In this document: positions 46,903 through 59,263 of the stretch, in pieces
Layout of the letters: each line of letters begins with the position of its first letter
How positions within the stretch are numbered: the stretch's first letter is position 1
NCBI GenBank assembly: GCA_026023565.1
Contig: JAPETS010000020.1
Location: 1 to 64,000 of the forward strand
DNA: 64,000 nt
Direction of reading: 5' to 3'
Source of the DNA: Cirrosporium novae-zelandiae
Taxonomy: Eukaryota
Translations under genes and position numbers: made by a program
The notes under the pieces: model-generated
Database searches by the model: none
The model's input: the letters and a program-made list of their open reading frames with translations, nothing else
What the model was told of the DNA's origin: nothing

Positions 46903-48957
46903 TTAACCAAAAGCCAACCTACTTTGTCCTTTCTCGACCTTTCCTTTCGTACCATTACCTGCGGGTCTTCCCCGCTTCTTCGAAGTTGATGGAATCCTAC
47001 CGTTATTGCGCCTAGAGATAGAGGAGCCTCCGATAGGACTCGGGGAGATGCCATGGGCTGTCTCTTGGTTTTGGAGGCTCTGTGCAAAATGCCAATCTTC
47101 ATGCTCAGCCTTTTCGGTAATTGCCATTTCAATTTTACAATCCCGACAGAAATATGTGTCAATTGGCTGTTGGTGAAGCGTTGTCGCCGTATCAGCTTCA
47201 CTATTTTCTTGATGCCGGTTTGATTCCAGAAAGATCTCGAGGTTGTTGCCGGTGTCCTGGGGCTGGGGTTCCCTGGCACCAGAGCCGAGCAAGGCGCTTC
47301 CTTTGGGCATTGATAGCATCGAATTTTCCCCAAACACAGCCTCGGAGTCAACCTCTTCGTAATCTTCCGGACTTGCTTGCTTGACGAAAAATCTAGATAT
47401 GCCATCGTTTAGCTTTCTTTTTTTCTCCGGCCTATTCCCAGTAGACGGGAAGTCGTTTGTTTGGGTAGATTCTTTCATCGTTTTGGCTTCTTCTCCACGA
47501 ACAAGGAAGCTCCCAATTCCCTTATTACCACTTATTCCATCTTCAAATCCCCCCACGCTCAAGGATAAGTGGGAGCACGGCCAGGCTCTTCCATCAGCAG
47601 TCACTTGATTCAGTAAATTCTTGGCTAGAGAAAAAAGCAAGTCCTCGTCAATAGATTTTCCTAAAGGTATTGGTGCTGAACGGGATCTAGTCTGACCGCC
47701 TTGACGATGATGTAGATTTATAGTCTTGGGCCTACGTTTATTGGTCACAACTCCCTCTTCCACAAGCCGATTGAATATATCAGCAACAAATATCTTTAGC
47801 CAGCGATTCGCCTGCTCGCGATTATTGATACTTGGACGAAATGACTTGGCTGAGAGCATTGATTTGATCTGTGTTCGCGAGTTCACTTCGCTATGGTCTT
47901 CCCCTCGTATTGTTTGATAGAGCCATGTTCCAGTATCATCCCTAAGCTTTGACTTAAGTTGTTCGATGGGAATATCCAATAGTTCTTTGACAGTATCAAA
48001 GCCAAAAGCAGCTACAACCTCATCTCCTAATTTTCCACCAAGGTTTCGGATTTTTGTAAACTTAAAGTCTGAAAGAAAATGTTGAATAGCTCGGTTCCGA
48101 ATTACGGTTTGCTGATCGGGTTTCTTATGGCCACTTCCTAGCTTCGCCAACATCTTATTCTTCGCAATTCCAGCAGAACATGTATACCGTAGCTTCTCCC
48201 TTATTGCTGCTCGCACCGAGCGCACAATTTCTGACCCAATTTGACAAGCAATATCATCCCAATCTGGATCGTTCTCCTCGGTCTCCGTCGAATCCAAGTC
48301 AATCAAAGCATCGGTATCCCAATTAAGCGCCGTTGTCGGTGGTCGAGGCAAATTCTCGGTCGGATCATCATATGGGGGAGGACCGCTCAACTCGGGAAAT
48401 CTCTGCAAAAGTATGGAATGAATCTGCGCCGATAGATCGATAAAAACTTCATCAATACTCGCTTTCTCAACTATCTGTAGTGGAGGTGGAGCTAGCGCCT
48501 CTTTAATTGTAGCAAATATCTTTCTAGATTCATGGCGATAAGGATCCAAAGAAACCTTGTGCGTCGCTACAGCGGCATCTGAATGATAAGCCCATTTGTC
48601 TTCCCCTTCTTTCCAAGTTGCAACATGTTGCAATATGATATCCGGACACAATTTCTTAGCTTCGGTACTTGTGATAAGTCGACTTAGTCCGAACTTTCGG
48701 GCGGGGTAGTTGATAGCAATAAGACCTTGCCATTGTTGTACTGCTAACGGCATATCTTTCGGGGTATTTAGGCGAACCATCTCACACTGAGCGTAGAAAG
48801 CATCCAGATCGATATGAGCGATAACTCGGAGGGGACATGATGTTGATGACAGAGCAAGCTGTGAGAGATGCTTATAGGTGAAGCGTGATTTGCGACTTTG
48901 GATGCCATCACAAATGGAGAGAGAAGACGAAGGAACAAAGGGTTCTGGAGAAGACAT
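46903..48957 (-). CDS. RAD30: Y-family translesion DNA polymerase eta
   Basis: HIDLDAFYAQCE, AVQQW, IAINYPAR, EKASIDEVF, CSAGIAKNKMLAKL, LGGKLG and a C-terminal UBZ finger (C-x2-C...EHEDWHFA); intronless 684 aa. Confidence 0.95.
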   Translation of the reverse strand: MSSPEPFVPSSSLSICDGIQSRKSRFTYKHLSQLALSSTSCPLRVIAHIDLDAFYAQCEMVRLNTPKDMPLAVQQWQGLIAINYPARKFGLSRLITSTEAKKLCPDIILQHVATWKEGEDKWAYHSDAAVATHKVSLDPYRHESRKIFATIKEALAPPPLQIVEKASIDEVFIDLSAQIHSILLQRFPELSGPPPYDDPTENLPRPPTTALNWDTDALIDLDSTETEENDPDWDDIACQIGSEIVRSVRAAIREKLRYTCSAGIAKNKMLAKLGSGHKKPDQQTVIRNRAIQHFLSDFKFTKIRNLGGKLGDEVVAAFGFDTVKELLDIPIEQLKSKLRDDTGTWLYQTIRGEDHSEVNSRTQIKSMLSAKSFRPSINNREQANRWLKIFVADIFNRLVEEGVVTNKRRPKTINLHHRQGGQTRSRSAPIPLGKSIDEDLLFSLAKNLLNQVTADGRAWPCSHLSLSVGGFEDGISGNKGIGSFLVRGEEAKTMKESTQTNDFPSTGNRPEKKRKLNDGISRFFVKQASPEDYEEVDSEAVFGENSMLSMPKGSALLGSGAREPQPQDTGNNLEIFLESNRHQENSEADTATTLHQQPIDTYFCRDCKIEMAITEKAEHEDWHFAQSLQNQETAHGISPSPIGGSSISRRNNGRIPSTSKKRGRPAGNGTKGKVEKGQSRLAFG

Positions 48958-49056
48958 CCCTAGAAGCTAAGCTGTCAACTGGTGAACAAGAATGGCATAT
49001 CGAATTGACTACTGTGAATGGTATGGGTGAATGGATAATAAAGTTGGAGTAGAATG

Positions 49057-49079
49057 ACGCGAAACGCGCCTCTTCGCGG
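49057..49079. promoter_or_regulatory. Clustered CGCG (MCB/SCB-like) elements upstream of pol eta
   Basis: ACGCGAAACGCG plus TTCGCG about 100 bp upstream of the ATG. CGCG cores are bound by MBF/SBF-type factors at DNA replication and repair genes. Confidence 0.5.
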
Positions 49080-49546
49080 CTTTGCTGTTTTTGGATTTAA
49101 TTGAAGTTCTCATATGCTGACGTCATTCTACGTTGGACCTTGGGAACTTTGGCTCATGATCGATCGATTCAGCCCTCCAGGTTCAAGGATCAAGGATAAA
49201 AGGAGAAGACTTCACCAGGTCTGGGAAGGCTTATATCTATAGCGCCATAACCAGCCAGCCATTCAAGGTAGAAAAAGCAAGATTCTTGATCATTCATAAG
49301 AATACGAGCTAAGGCATATTGTGATGGACTTGCGTCTCTTACTCAGACCAGTGTCAAGTTGGGAATAAATGAACCGCTTTTCATGCAGATGCCATTTCCT
49401 AGTCTCTTCATCTGTTTTGGCCTGCAGTCAGCAGCAAGCCCATGCGGGGGGGTAGACAACCATGTTCTTCCGATAGTGAGCCGACAGGACCATTAGACCT
49501 CTCTACAATGCCAATCACATTTCGGAGAGTAGACCGAATATTATGG

Positions 49547-49610
49547 GTATCGTGAACATGTATTGTGAACATGTATTGTGAACATGTATCGTGAACATGT
49601 ATTGTAAACA
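49547..49610 (+). repeat. 13-bp minisatellite (GTGAACATGTATT/C), about 4.5 copies
   Basis: Direct tandem visible in the pol eta / RNA cyclase divergent intergenic region. Confidence 0.9.
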
Positions 49611-50306
49611 CTCACCCTGGGCTAATGACATGATGGTCCAACAAACGACTTGGAAGGGACTTGTGACTTTCTACTGACTATGTACGTTGTAGTCTAATAT
49701 TTGTAGAAAATGTCAGAAATGATATCTGGTTCGATGCCTGAGGACGTAAGGTGTCCAGAATTAAATCTTCGCTAAAACGTCGCCGTCTATTCTTTCTATC
49801 CGTACAAGTGACTCACTCAACTTGTCCCAACTTGCCCCAACTTGTCTTATCATGGTCGTTTCATACTTTTCGACTCACTGCAAAACATACAATTCTCCAG
49901 GCTGAGGTATTTGTGGCTGAGGTTTCGGTATCCGTGGCTATGTTGTGTCCGAGCCAGAGATCGAGTTTCCTTGATGCCGAGGGGGAGTCATTCTACAAGA
50001 AAAGCGTAAATCCAATATTAACATGAGAGATATAGAACTTATTCTACTTCGCTCACCGATTGAATTTGCTCCTTCCTTTCCTGTTTCGCAAATTTTGACT
50101 TTCTTTCCATCTGTTTTCTATATATTCTCAGCTTTTTCCTACTGCTAGAGCATTTCTTCACAACGTTCTTTCCAAGTGAATCACAATAGCTACATTAATA
50201 CCTAGCAGGTAAATCTGTCAAGCGCCTACTACGAAAGTCATTATACCCCGAACTACCTCACAAGCTATAATAGCTATATCTTCTAGAGTCTCCACTTATA
50301 AAAAAC

Positions 50307-51503
50307 ATGTCGACATACCAGACCACAGCTTCATCTACATCAATGGCAGAAAAAGCCCCCTCTCCCCTTTTCATCCAAGGCTCAACCCTCGAAGGAGGCG
50401 GTCAACTCGTGCGAAATGCAGTAGTCCTATCCTGTCTCACCAAAAAGCCCATCCACATCATAAACATCCGGAGCAATCGAGGCCGAGGAGGCGGGCTGAA
50501 ATCCTCTCACCTAGCAGCAGTCAATTTCCTGATGGAAGTGGCAGCCGCCAGGGTAAAAGGCAACGAGATCGGAAGCCGACAGCTCACCTTCTCACCCGGA
50601 TCAAACCAACGGCTCAAAAAAGAATACAGCATCGTCATGCAGAGCCCGGGGAGCATATGGCTGGTCTTCCAGGCCATCTATCCGTACATCCTCTTCTCCG
50701 GCATGGCCCCAGAAGGCCACACCCCCATCCGCCTACACCTCACGGGCGGAACCAACGTGTCCAAATCGCCTAGCGGCGAATACATAACCCAAGTCCTCCT
50801 ACCCACGTTCCAAAAAATGGGTCTCCCGCCAATCAGCCTGAAGATCCACAAAAGAGGATGGACGCACGGCCGACCCTCTCCTCTGGGCTCTGCCACATTC
50901 ACCATCCACCCGCTGCCCCCAACGCAATCCCACCTCCCCGCTTTCGATCTCAAATACCCCGGTGCAATAACCAAAATCGCCATCACGATCCTCGCGCCCC
51001 AAGACGTCCGCAAGAAGATCCTCATCCAAACCCAAAACGCCCTCTTCCTCGACGTCCCCACGTACGTAGAAGTAAACGAAGACTCGGGCGACCCAAAACG
51101 TCTCTACCTGCTCCTGGTGGCCCACACAGAACACGGTTACCGCCTCGGCCGGGACTGGCTCTACGACAAGAAAATCACAAACGTCGATGACGCAATTCCC
51201 GTGCTCGTGAAACAGGTTGTTTCGGATCTGACATTGGAGATTAGGAGCCTGGGGTGCGTGGATGAGTATATGGAGGATCAGGTGGTGGTGTTTCAGGCGC
51301 TGGCGCGGGGCATGTCGACTGTGGATTTGGGGAGGAAGTTTGTCGATGCGGGGGTGGTGGATGAGCATGGGAGGGAGATGGAGGAGATGGATTTGGATTG
51401 GGAACCGAGGTTGCCGAGTCTGCATACGAGGACTGCGATGTGGGTTGCGGAGAGGATTTGTGGGGCGACGTTTAAGTATGGGACTTCGTGGGGGGTTGGG
51501 TAG
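50307..51503 (+). CDS. RNA 3'-terminal phosphate cyclase (RtcA-type)
   Basis: GSTLEGGGQLVR, IRSNR...GLKSSHL, GSIWLVFQ, LTGGTNV, VDEYMEDQ and SLHTRT (His at the adenylylation-site position); ends GVG*. Confidence 0.9.
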   Translation: MSTYQTTASSTSMAEKAPSPLFIQGSTLEGGGQLVRNAVVLSCLTKKPIHIINIRSNRGRGGGLKSSHLAAVNFLMEVAAARVKGNEIGSRQLTFSPGSNQRLKKEYSIVMQSPGSIWLVFQAIYPYILFSGMAPEGHTPIRLHLTGGTNVSKSPSGEYITQVLLPTFQKMGLPPISLKIHKRGWTHGRPSPLGSATFTIHPLPPTQSHLPAFDLKYPGAITKIAITILAPQDVRKKILIQTQNALFLDVPTYVEVNEDSGDPKRLYLLLVAHTEHGYRLGRDWLYDKKITNVDDAIPVLVKQVVSDLTLEIRSLGCVDEYMEDQVVVFQALARGMSTVDLGRKFVDAGVVDEHGREMEEMDLDWEPRLPSLHTRTAMWVAERICGATFKYGTSWGVG

Positions 51504-52187
51504 GGTTTTTTTTTTGGGTTTTTTAAAGTCTGGGCGGAGGGTTCTGTTGTTGTGTTTTGTATTACAGTGTACTATACAGTTGATTGAATCAAATTACCTT
51601 GGATCGAATCATATATTAAATGAATGAATGAATAAATAAATAAATACCCTACCTACGCGGGTATTATATTATCATATTAAAAGAACCGACCTAACAACAC
51701 TCTTACCTACCTACCTAAACCAAAAAGCCAAAAAAAAAGAGGAGGGGGGACGTAGGATATATCTATATCTATTATAATCTACTTTAGCCATGCCGCCTTA
51801 ACTAGTGGAGGGTGTGAAAGACTTTTTTTTTTTTGGAGTAGTCATGTCTATATCAAAAGGTCTATTTATTTTATTGGTATTTATCTACTATAACTAGGGA
51901 AGGCAAAGTACGGTAAGGGTAAGGTACGGAATGGGAAAGGGCAAAGAAAAGGGAAGGGAAGATCAATGGGGGAAAGGAAGGCCCTTTGGAGGGATGGGTG
52001 GATGGATGGACATTATTTCAACAATGCTAATTCTGGAGTAGCTATCATATCGTATCGTATTGTGTCGTATTGTATAGCATAGCAAGAATCCATAATCCTC
52101 ATCTCAACCAACCATTCAGCCATTTGGTGAGTCAGTCAGTCAAAAGCCACACTTCCATTCACGATTCATGATTCACGATTCATGGAA

Positions 52188-54655
52188 TCAAGGCAAAAGC
52201 TCCCGAATCTCCCCCACCACCCCCTTAATCCTCGGTTCCTTTGTTTTCTGCTCCGCCAGCTTCAACACAGCCTCAATCCCATACTCCTGCTTTGCTGCGA
52301 CTTTCACATCTGGACCTATGGTTAGGAGGGTGCCAGCGGCAACGAGGGCACGGTACAGCGCCTCCGAGTCCGAAACACGGGATATAACATCCACGAGATC
52401 CTTGAGGAGTATGCGGCCTCGTTCGATGGAGGCGGGGGATCCCTTGCGGTCTGGGGTTGCTGTTGTTGTGAGGAGTACGGCGTAGTTGATGTAGAGTGTT
52501 GTGATTGAGATGGTGAGGTTTCGGTTAGTGGTGATTTTGGTGGCTTGGTTGATGAGGTTGGAGATGATGGTGTCGAATTGGGCGTCCGCGAGTTCGGCGC
52601 CCTTGTCTGTGGAAAACATGTTTGCGAAGGTGCGGATGGCGAGCATCATGTTGTTTGGTCTTTGAGTGTCGGAGAAGACGCCGCTTTCCTCGAGGATGGA
52701 GACGATGGTTTGGTCGTGCGAGTTTTTGTACGAGGCGAGGGAGGGGGTTGCGGCGGCTACGAGGCGGAGGAGGTCCAGGCCTGGGATTCGGTGCTGGGGA
52801 GGCCAGGCGGTTGTTAGCTTGATAATGAGTTCCAAGGCGTCTGGCTCGAGGGCGGTTGGCTTGGCGGATGAAGGGGGGTGGCTTTCGAGGAATTGGATTA
52901 CGGAGGCTAGGGTTTGGAGTTCGGGGGGATTCAAGGCTCCGTCTTTGTGGCCCTCCTTGATGAGTTGGGTGTTGATCTCTCCAATCTTTCGGTGTATTGT
53001 ATTGAGGCTGGCTGTCGTGATAGATAGATAGGATGTCTGGGGAAGAACTTTCGGCCTTAAAGGCGGGAGAGATGAAGCTGAAGCCGAAGTTGCTTCCCCA
53101 GGTCTGTATCTGTTTTCTTGACCCCAAGGGTCCGATGTCGAAGGTGGTTCAGGCTGTGAGCCTTGTCCAAGAGTAGCTCCTTTGGTGTTGGTGGTAATGA
53201 AATTGGCAACTTGGTCCAGATAGCCTATGGGTAGCTCGTTATCCTGAATGAATTTTGTTGCCGCCTCGTAAGGGTTTTGAGAGAGGTTGTATGGTAACTT
53301 CAATGGGGGTTTTCCGTCTTCAATATCCACATCGAAGACGTAGTCATAATCTTGTCCAAGATATTCTTGTTTCTTTCCACTGCTTCCCACGGCATCGACA
53401 ACGGTACCCACACTGATCCATTTCTGCTGTGTCATAGACCATTGATGAGCCGTCACACTTCCATTATCCTCTCGGATCATGGCTACCTGGCCTTCTTTGG
53501 TTCCAGATTTCATTTGCAAGAACTCGGGTCCTGGAAGCTTCTCCTTATTCACACCACCAACTTGTTGCTGGGGAATCGCGGAGCCTTTGACAGCGTCCTC
53601 GAATTCCTTGAGAGTTTCTTCGTTGGCATAGCGCTTAGGGTCTCTGGTAAATATACGAACGAGACGGTCACTGGCGCCGCTCACGATATCTCCATTCGCT
53701 GCGCAAACCGCGACTGACCAGACCGAGATGGCTGGATGAGTTATAGTCTGGACGCATTCACCCCCTCGCCATATTCTCACTGTACGATCTTCGCCTGAGC
53801 TGACCACTTCGCCCGTTGGAAGGACAGCGATAGAGTATATGAAGCTCTCATGGCCATTAAGCTGATTTACTTGTCTTCCATCAAGAGTCCAAAATCGGAT
53901 CACGCCATCATTACCAGCTGAAGCAAATTGTCCACCGGAAGGATGGTTTTCAGGGCATCGACACAGGGCACGGACAACATCGTTGGTTCCTCGTATGGTT
54001 CGTAGAAGCTTTCCCGATAGGTTAAAGACCCGAATCATCTGGTCGGCGCATCCTAAATGTAATCAGTACCGTAACTTGCAGTATTCTTGCTCCTTTAGAC
54101 ATGCCAGTAATAATTGTATTCCGATCATAGGCCAGCACCGCCCAAACAGAACCCTGATGCCCCTCTAGAATACCATCGCATTCCCATTTTCCTAGCCTCC
54201 ATATCCGTGCAGAGCTATCCCAGCTACCGCTCACAATCCAGCCACCCTCTTGTGAGATATCCAGAGAGCATACGTTGTGATCATGCCCCAACAGCAGTGC
54301 GTCAGCATTATCCTCGGTTGACTTTCCAGGCTGTTTAACTTCAATTATGGTATTCTTCCCGCCCGATACTATTAGACCATCAGGGTATTGCGAGGTGGGT
54401 TGAAAGTATGAGACAGCATTCACAAAGGCGTCGGTATGCGATGAGATGGTGCTGTCGTAGGAGGGCGGTTTCGGGTCGAGCAATTTCCATAGCCTAACCG
54501 TTGCGTCTCGAGAGGCGGACACGACAAAATTTGGCTCAGGATATGCCACAGACCGAACCTAAGATATCTAATTAGCAATTACTTTCTAGATTGAAGATTA
54601 TTCATACATCATCGTCATGGCCCTTCAATGAGGCTGAGAGCTTGAAATCGCTCAT
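52188..54655 (-). CDS. DOA1: Doa1/Ufd3/PLAA ubiquitin-homeostasis protein (WD40-PFU-PUL; 3 exons)
   Basis: MSDFKLSASLKGHDDDVR start, WD40 repeats (SASRDATVRLW, SGSWDSSARIW, SSGEDRTVRIW), PFU motif YDYVFDVDIEDGKPPLKLPYN, PUL motif RIPGLDLLRL. Confidence 0.95.
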
Positions 54656-56697
54656 GACAGCGATGATGCTATGACTAATTTTCAGCAAGACTTTATGAGA
54701 AGGAATGAATAAACTGGAGTGAAATATCTTAGAAGAATCGTAAAGAATTACGTCCTATTTGATCGGAAACTGGAAAATGCGTTTTCAACGTCAGGCAAAA
54801 CCACGATGATTAAGTAACCGGAATCAATAGGCAGATCGAGGAAGCTTCAAAACTTCACTTCAGGCGAATGATGATTTACAACAAACTCATGTTGCGCTAC
54901 ATAATGATAACTACAATATTGGAAATTGGAGATATTTTGATATCAGGGCTGAAAGTGTTGATATACTTATCATCTTGGAGGTTTGTTATCAGCTTCTACA
55001 ACCTCGGGTCACTGGCTTAAATGATATGCCAGAAGGTCAATTTACTAAATGACAGACTGCCTAACCAGCTTCCATATCCGCTTAAACCTCTTATGCAATG
55101 CAGAGATGTTCTTATTTCATCAAATAACCTCACTGCCCATGCATGAGAAAAATACGCAGGGCCTCATACTAAAGTACAGCGTTATGATAGCTCATGGAGT
55201 ACTCAACATTCCACGACGATACCACCGAAATTTGAGCAAAAACCATCGAAAATGACGTTGCGCCCATGAAGAATATTCCATCATCTTCCTTTCCTAAAAT
55301 CCTTATCGAAACCCTCTCTCTTCATCCTTGGTGTTCTAACTCAAGCCCACCTATACGCTATCGTTTCCAGTCCCTCATCCTTTTTATTGAGATGCGGAAA
55401 TTAAATATCTGAACAGATGTTAAACTGGCTTAGTGTTATAATACCTTGTTGGGAGCTTCAGGAGAAGAAACACTAACGGCACAGTCCCGGCAGCGTGCTC
55501 CTCGGGTGTCTACACGGCCGCGGCAGCCCCTGGGATAATTGATACAGGAGTAGATCATCTATTAATCGGAGACAACGGGGATCCGATTCCAACGATGAGG
55601 GGGGGCTGAGCAATAAAGAGGCAGAGAAATGTTGATAATTTAAAGATATTGTAATCCTTTAAGATGTTCAGTCCTTCAGAAGGATTATTAGTCAATGAAT
55701 GCGAGCAGGCGTACAAAGTAGAGATAGAATAACGATGTATTTCGGCGTCGTAAATAATGAGAAGAAGTAAAGATTGCTGGCAATATAAGCTTCTACCAGA
55801 GGCCTGTAATGCCAAAGTCTGGTGAGATTCGTTGACCCAGGCCAATTACGTGAGTATAAATGTGCCAAGCCGAGAATCTAGGCCTTGAGATCCGGTGATT
55901 TAAATGAAGAGAGCACAGTTTTAGATGCCGCGTCTTCCTGTCCACAAGACCAGGTGATATGTACTTAGTAACATTTGTTTGATGAGCGGTTAATAGAGGG
56001 AGAGTGCATGCTGCTAACCGATAGCTCGTTTGAGGGGCCTGGGGTAAAGTGACCAGTAAATTGACAGAGGAGATACTTGGTCCGTCAAACGGATCAAAGC
56101 TGACGAATGTTCTGGAACACCTTTCAATAGAAGGAGCGAAGAGCTGGTATAAGCGATAGCCCAACCGGAAAATCATTTGTGGGACAATAGATCAGGCGAC
56201 TGAAGGGGCATGGTCTTTCTCCAATCCAGGCTTACAACCTCGTCGTTTACCCTTTGAATCCAAATGAAATTCCAGAGCGTAGCTATGTAACACTCGTGCT
56301 AGAAATTACCCCAATTCTGTGCCTCCCATTGAGTGTCATATTGTTGTGCCAGGGGAATGTCTCGATTTAGCCCATGAGCTCTTTTCTTTAACCATTGACG
56401 TTCCAGATATATATAATTCTCTTGTAGGAAGCGAAAAGGACATTTAGGTAAAATGGATAGGCTACCTCTAAAGTTAGTTAAACATAGGATTCAGTGACCA
56501 ATAAGAGTGAAACTAATCGTGCAGCATATCGTGTTCAGACTGGAGGATCATCCACAGCATAAAGGTTGCCTGCGTTATTATGGGGAGCCAAGGCAGATGA
56601 CAAATATCCGGCAAACACCCAATTGCTATGGCAGTCACAAGCATCGGTTGGATTGGTCATAATATGAGTATGATTACCCCGAAATGGCATAAAGCCC

Positions 56698-58029
56698 TTA
56701 CGTCTGAGGCGGCACGGTATTCGAATCTGGATGAGTGGACATGGACTGAATGATCAACCACCCTCCAAGCGCTGCCAAGAAAGTACCCAACAATATGCCA
56801 TTACCCTCCCACGTCAAGCCCAAGTATGATAAGACACCAATAACAAACTCTCTTCTTCTGGCCGTGCACCTTGTTGAATTCCAGTTGGGGTCAATCTGAA
56901 ATGGCGGAGAGAGCCGTGGATCTGACCCGTTTGATAGATCTTCTGGGGGGGCAATGGACTTTAAGGGAAGTGAAAGAGACATTGCAACCGGTCTATGGTC
57001 CGAGGTTTTGAATTGAGGAAGTGCAATATAGTTGTGGACATCAATTCTGGCTGTTGGGTCTGTATTTTTGACCCATTCGGGTATGTCAAGAAACAGAATA
57101 CGATCACACCAGCTCGGCCATCGATGTCTTGCCCAGTCACCATTGGATTTGTACTTATAGGTAGGAGGGAAGTTGATAGGAGGTTCTATCAAACCATGGC
57201 AAGTATTTCCAGCCTTGATCTCCCGAGTTAGTTGGTCCTTTAAGAAAAGCTCAGAGTAATGCTCGGGATTCTCGGGGGCATCCAGCGGTCGGGGATATGT
57301 CAGGTGGTCTTCGGGGCTGGGTCCAAAATTTGAAGTTCGGTAGTTAAGGTCTCCTGCTAGGAAAAGGTATGAGCTAGCCCTGTAAACGCCTTTGCTTTCC
57401 TCAAATTGTTCCTGTGCATTCAGAAGAGGATGTTCTTCTTCCTGTTCATTCTCACCCCTCTCCTCGATCGATTTGTCTGCTGTGTTGTCTGTAGATGAAA
57501 ATACTAGGTTCCTGACAATATCCGCCCAATCTTGATTCCTTCCCCGAAGCCCCTCTTCCATTGGTGCAAGATGGGCTGCAACAAAAGTCAATTCAATCAC
57601 CTCCCCAGCCTCAGTCAGGTATCCCATCCTGGCCCCAACAGCCCCTTTATTTCCCATTTTCAAGAATCCAACACCGGTGCCGGCTGTCTGTAGGAACTGT
57701 AGCTGACTAGTGACATCTTCTCTTATGAAAACCATGAGAGCTGTCATCCCAATGTTGGACCAGTTAATGAGCTTGTAGTTTTGATCGCCAAGCTTTGAAG
57801 CTGCCCGACCCACCGCATCTTCGAAGCTGTCCAGGTAGGGGACTAAATAGGACCCGCCGAGGAAGGAATAGGCGATTGGGGCAATTTCCTGAAGGGCAAA
57901 TACAAGTATCTCAGGAGCGGGGGAGCCATTCTTTGGAAGTGCGTCGAAAATGTGAGCGGAGAAGGCTTGTGGATTAATCAATGTTCGGGCACAGTTGAAG
58001 GAGAGAATATAGAGATTGAGTGAATTCAT
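56698..58029 (-). CDS. Inositol polyphosphate 5-phosphatase, Inp54-like (C-terminal membrane anchor)
   Basis: LSFNCA, FALQEI, MGNKGAVG, FVAAHLAP, FLAGDLNYR, FPPTYKY, PSWCDRIL, SDHRPV; hydrophobic C-terminus. Confidence 0.92.
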   Translation of the reverse strand: MNSLNLYILSFNCARTLINPQAFSAHIFDALPKNGSPAPEILVFALQEIAPIAYSFLGGSYLVPYLDSFEDAVGRAASKLGDQNYKLINWSNIGMTALMVFIREDVTSQLQFLQTAGTGVGFLKMGNKGAVGARMGYLTEAGEVIELTFVAAHLAPMEEGLRGRNQDWADIVRNLVFSSTDNTADKSIEERGENEQEEEHPLLNAQEQFEESKGVYRASSYLFLAGDLNYRTSNFGPSPEDHLTYPRPLDAPENPEHYSELFLKDQLTREIKAGNTCHGLIEPPINFPPTYKYKSNGDWARHRWPSWCDRILFLDIPEWVKNTDPTARIDVHNYIALPQFKTSDHRPVAMSLSLPLKSIAPPEDLSNGSDPRLSPPFQIDPNWNSTRCTARRREFVIGVLSYLGLTWEGNGILLGTFLAALGGWLIIQSMSTHPDSNTVPPQT

Positions 58030-59263
58030 GTTAAATAGGGTCTTGTATCTCAGATGGAGATGCTCCTGCCAAGTGTCCCTGAGAAGTTCGACTCCACTCT
58101 GAAATGAGATGATGGTCACAGCTGTAGGGTTTTAGTTGGTATTATGCACTTGCGACACTGATAAGATCAATAAAGATTCAGGGTGGGATGCAGGTACGAA
58201 CTAATAATTATCTCGAAACTTGGACGATTGCCTTTGGTCTGATGACGTTTTCTAGCACCTTTGCCTTGTTTGCATCACTCATCACTCCTTTTATTCAAAC
58301 TTTTAGTATTGTCATATTTATTGTGTCGTCAACACTTGAGTTCATGCACAAATCGCATTAATGTTGAGAGTGACATGATTGTCTATTGCCAAATGCTCGC
58401 ACATGATTTGATCAGTTGGGAAATTTTTCTGGGTGATGTGAACTCATATCTGTAAATTGGATTCCCTTGAATGACCACCACCCTGAACATTCATTGAAGG
58501 ACTGGACTGCATGATTGTGGGTGGGTTTTAAGAAGCATGATAGAAGTAGTAACAGAAGATGGAAAAAAAAAATAATTACCAGACTAACATTAAGGAGTAT
58601 TGTTTCTAAATCGGCACAATTTTATGCAAGATCAATATTCATTGTGAACCAACTCCCCAGAATAATGAATTTTATCATAAGACTGATAGAAGATATGTTT
58701 CACAAGTGCGACCAGTTTGAAATTATTTTTTCAGCACGTTTTACTGGATACCATATCAATGAAAGTCCAAATCAATAAGTCTATCTCGACTACAATGTTT
58801 CGCCTCATATTTGTCCATGGACTTGGATGAGTTTCTTCTAAGCTGTCAGGTAAAATACCCAACTATTGGTCCATGATAAATAGTTTAATGCCACTATTAG
58901 CAATCTAGTATCACGATATCATTTCTACCCCATAAATCGTAAAGGGTATTTTGGTATCATCATAAGCAAACCCATTTTTCTATTGTACATCACTGGCTAT
59001 TTAAAACGAGTAAATGAATAGAAACTTGAAATGGGATCAAGTCTTGCCACTAAAGTAGAATATCTCAGAATGTTGACTGTCCGGAAGAACTGCTTGCTGT
59101 GGGATACCGAGGTCAGTGAAAATGAGTGAGCGCATTATTTCTTGCCCAAGTCCTGTTGAATACTGGAGACCTCTAAACAGGCTATTGGTATTGTGTTCTG
59201 CATCTGCACCATCTTCTAAGTTTGTTCTGCAGCATTGTCGTTTTTATCGCACCAATTGAAGCA

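Noticed and set aside
55000..56690. Gene or structured RNA between DOA1 and the 5-phosphatase
   Set aside because: The short ORFs lack motifs, and no snRNA, RNase P/MRP or SRP hallmark could be recognised by eye.
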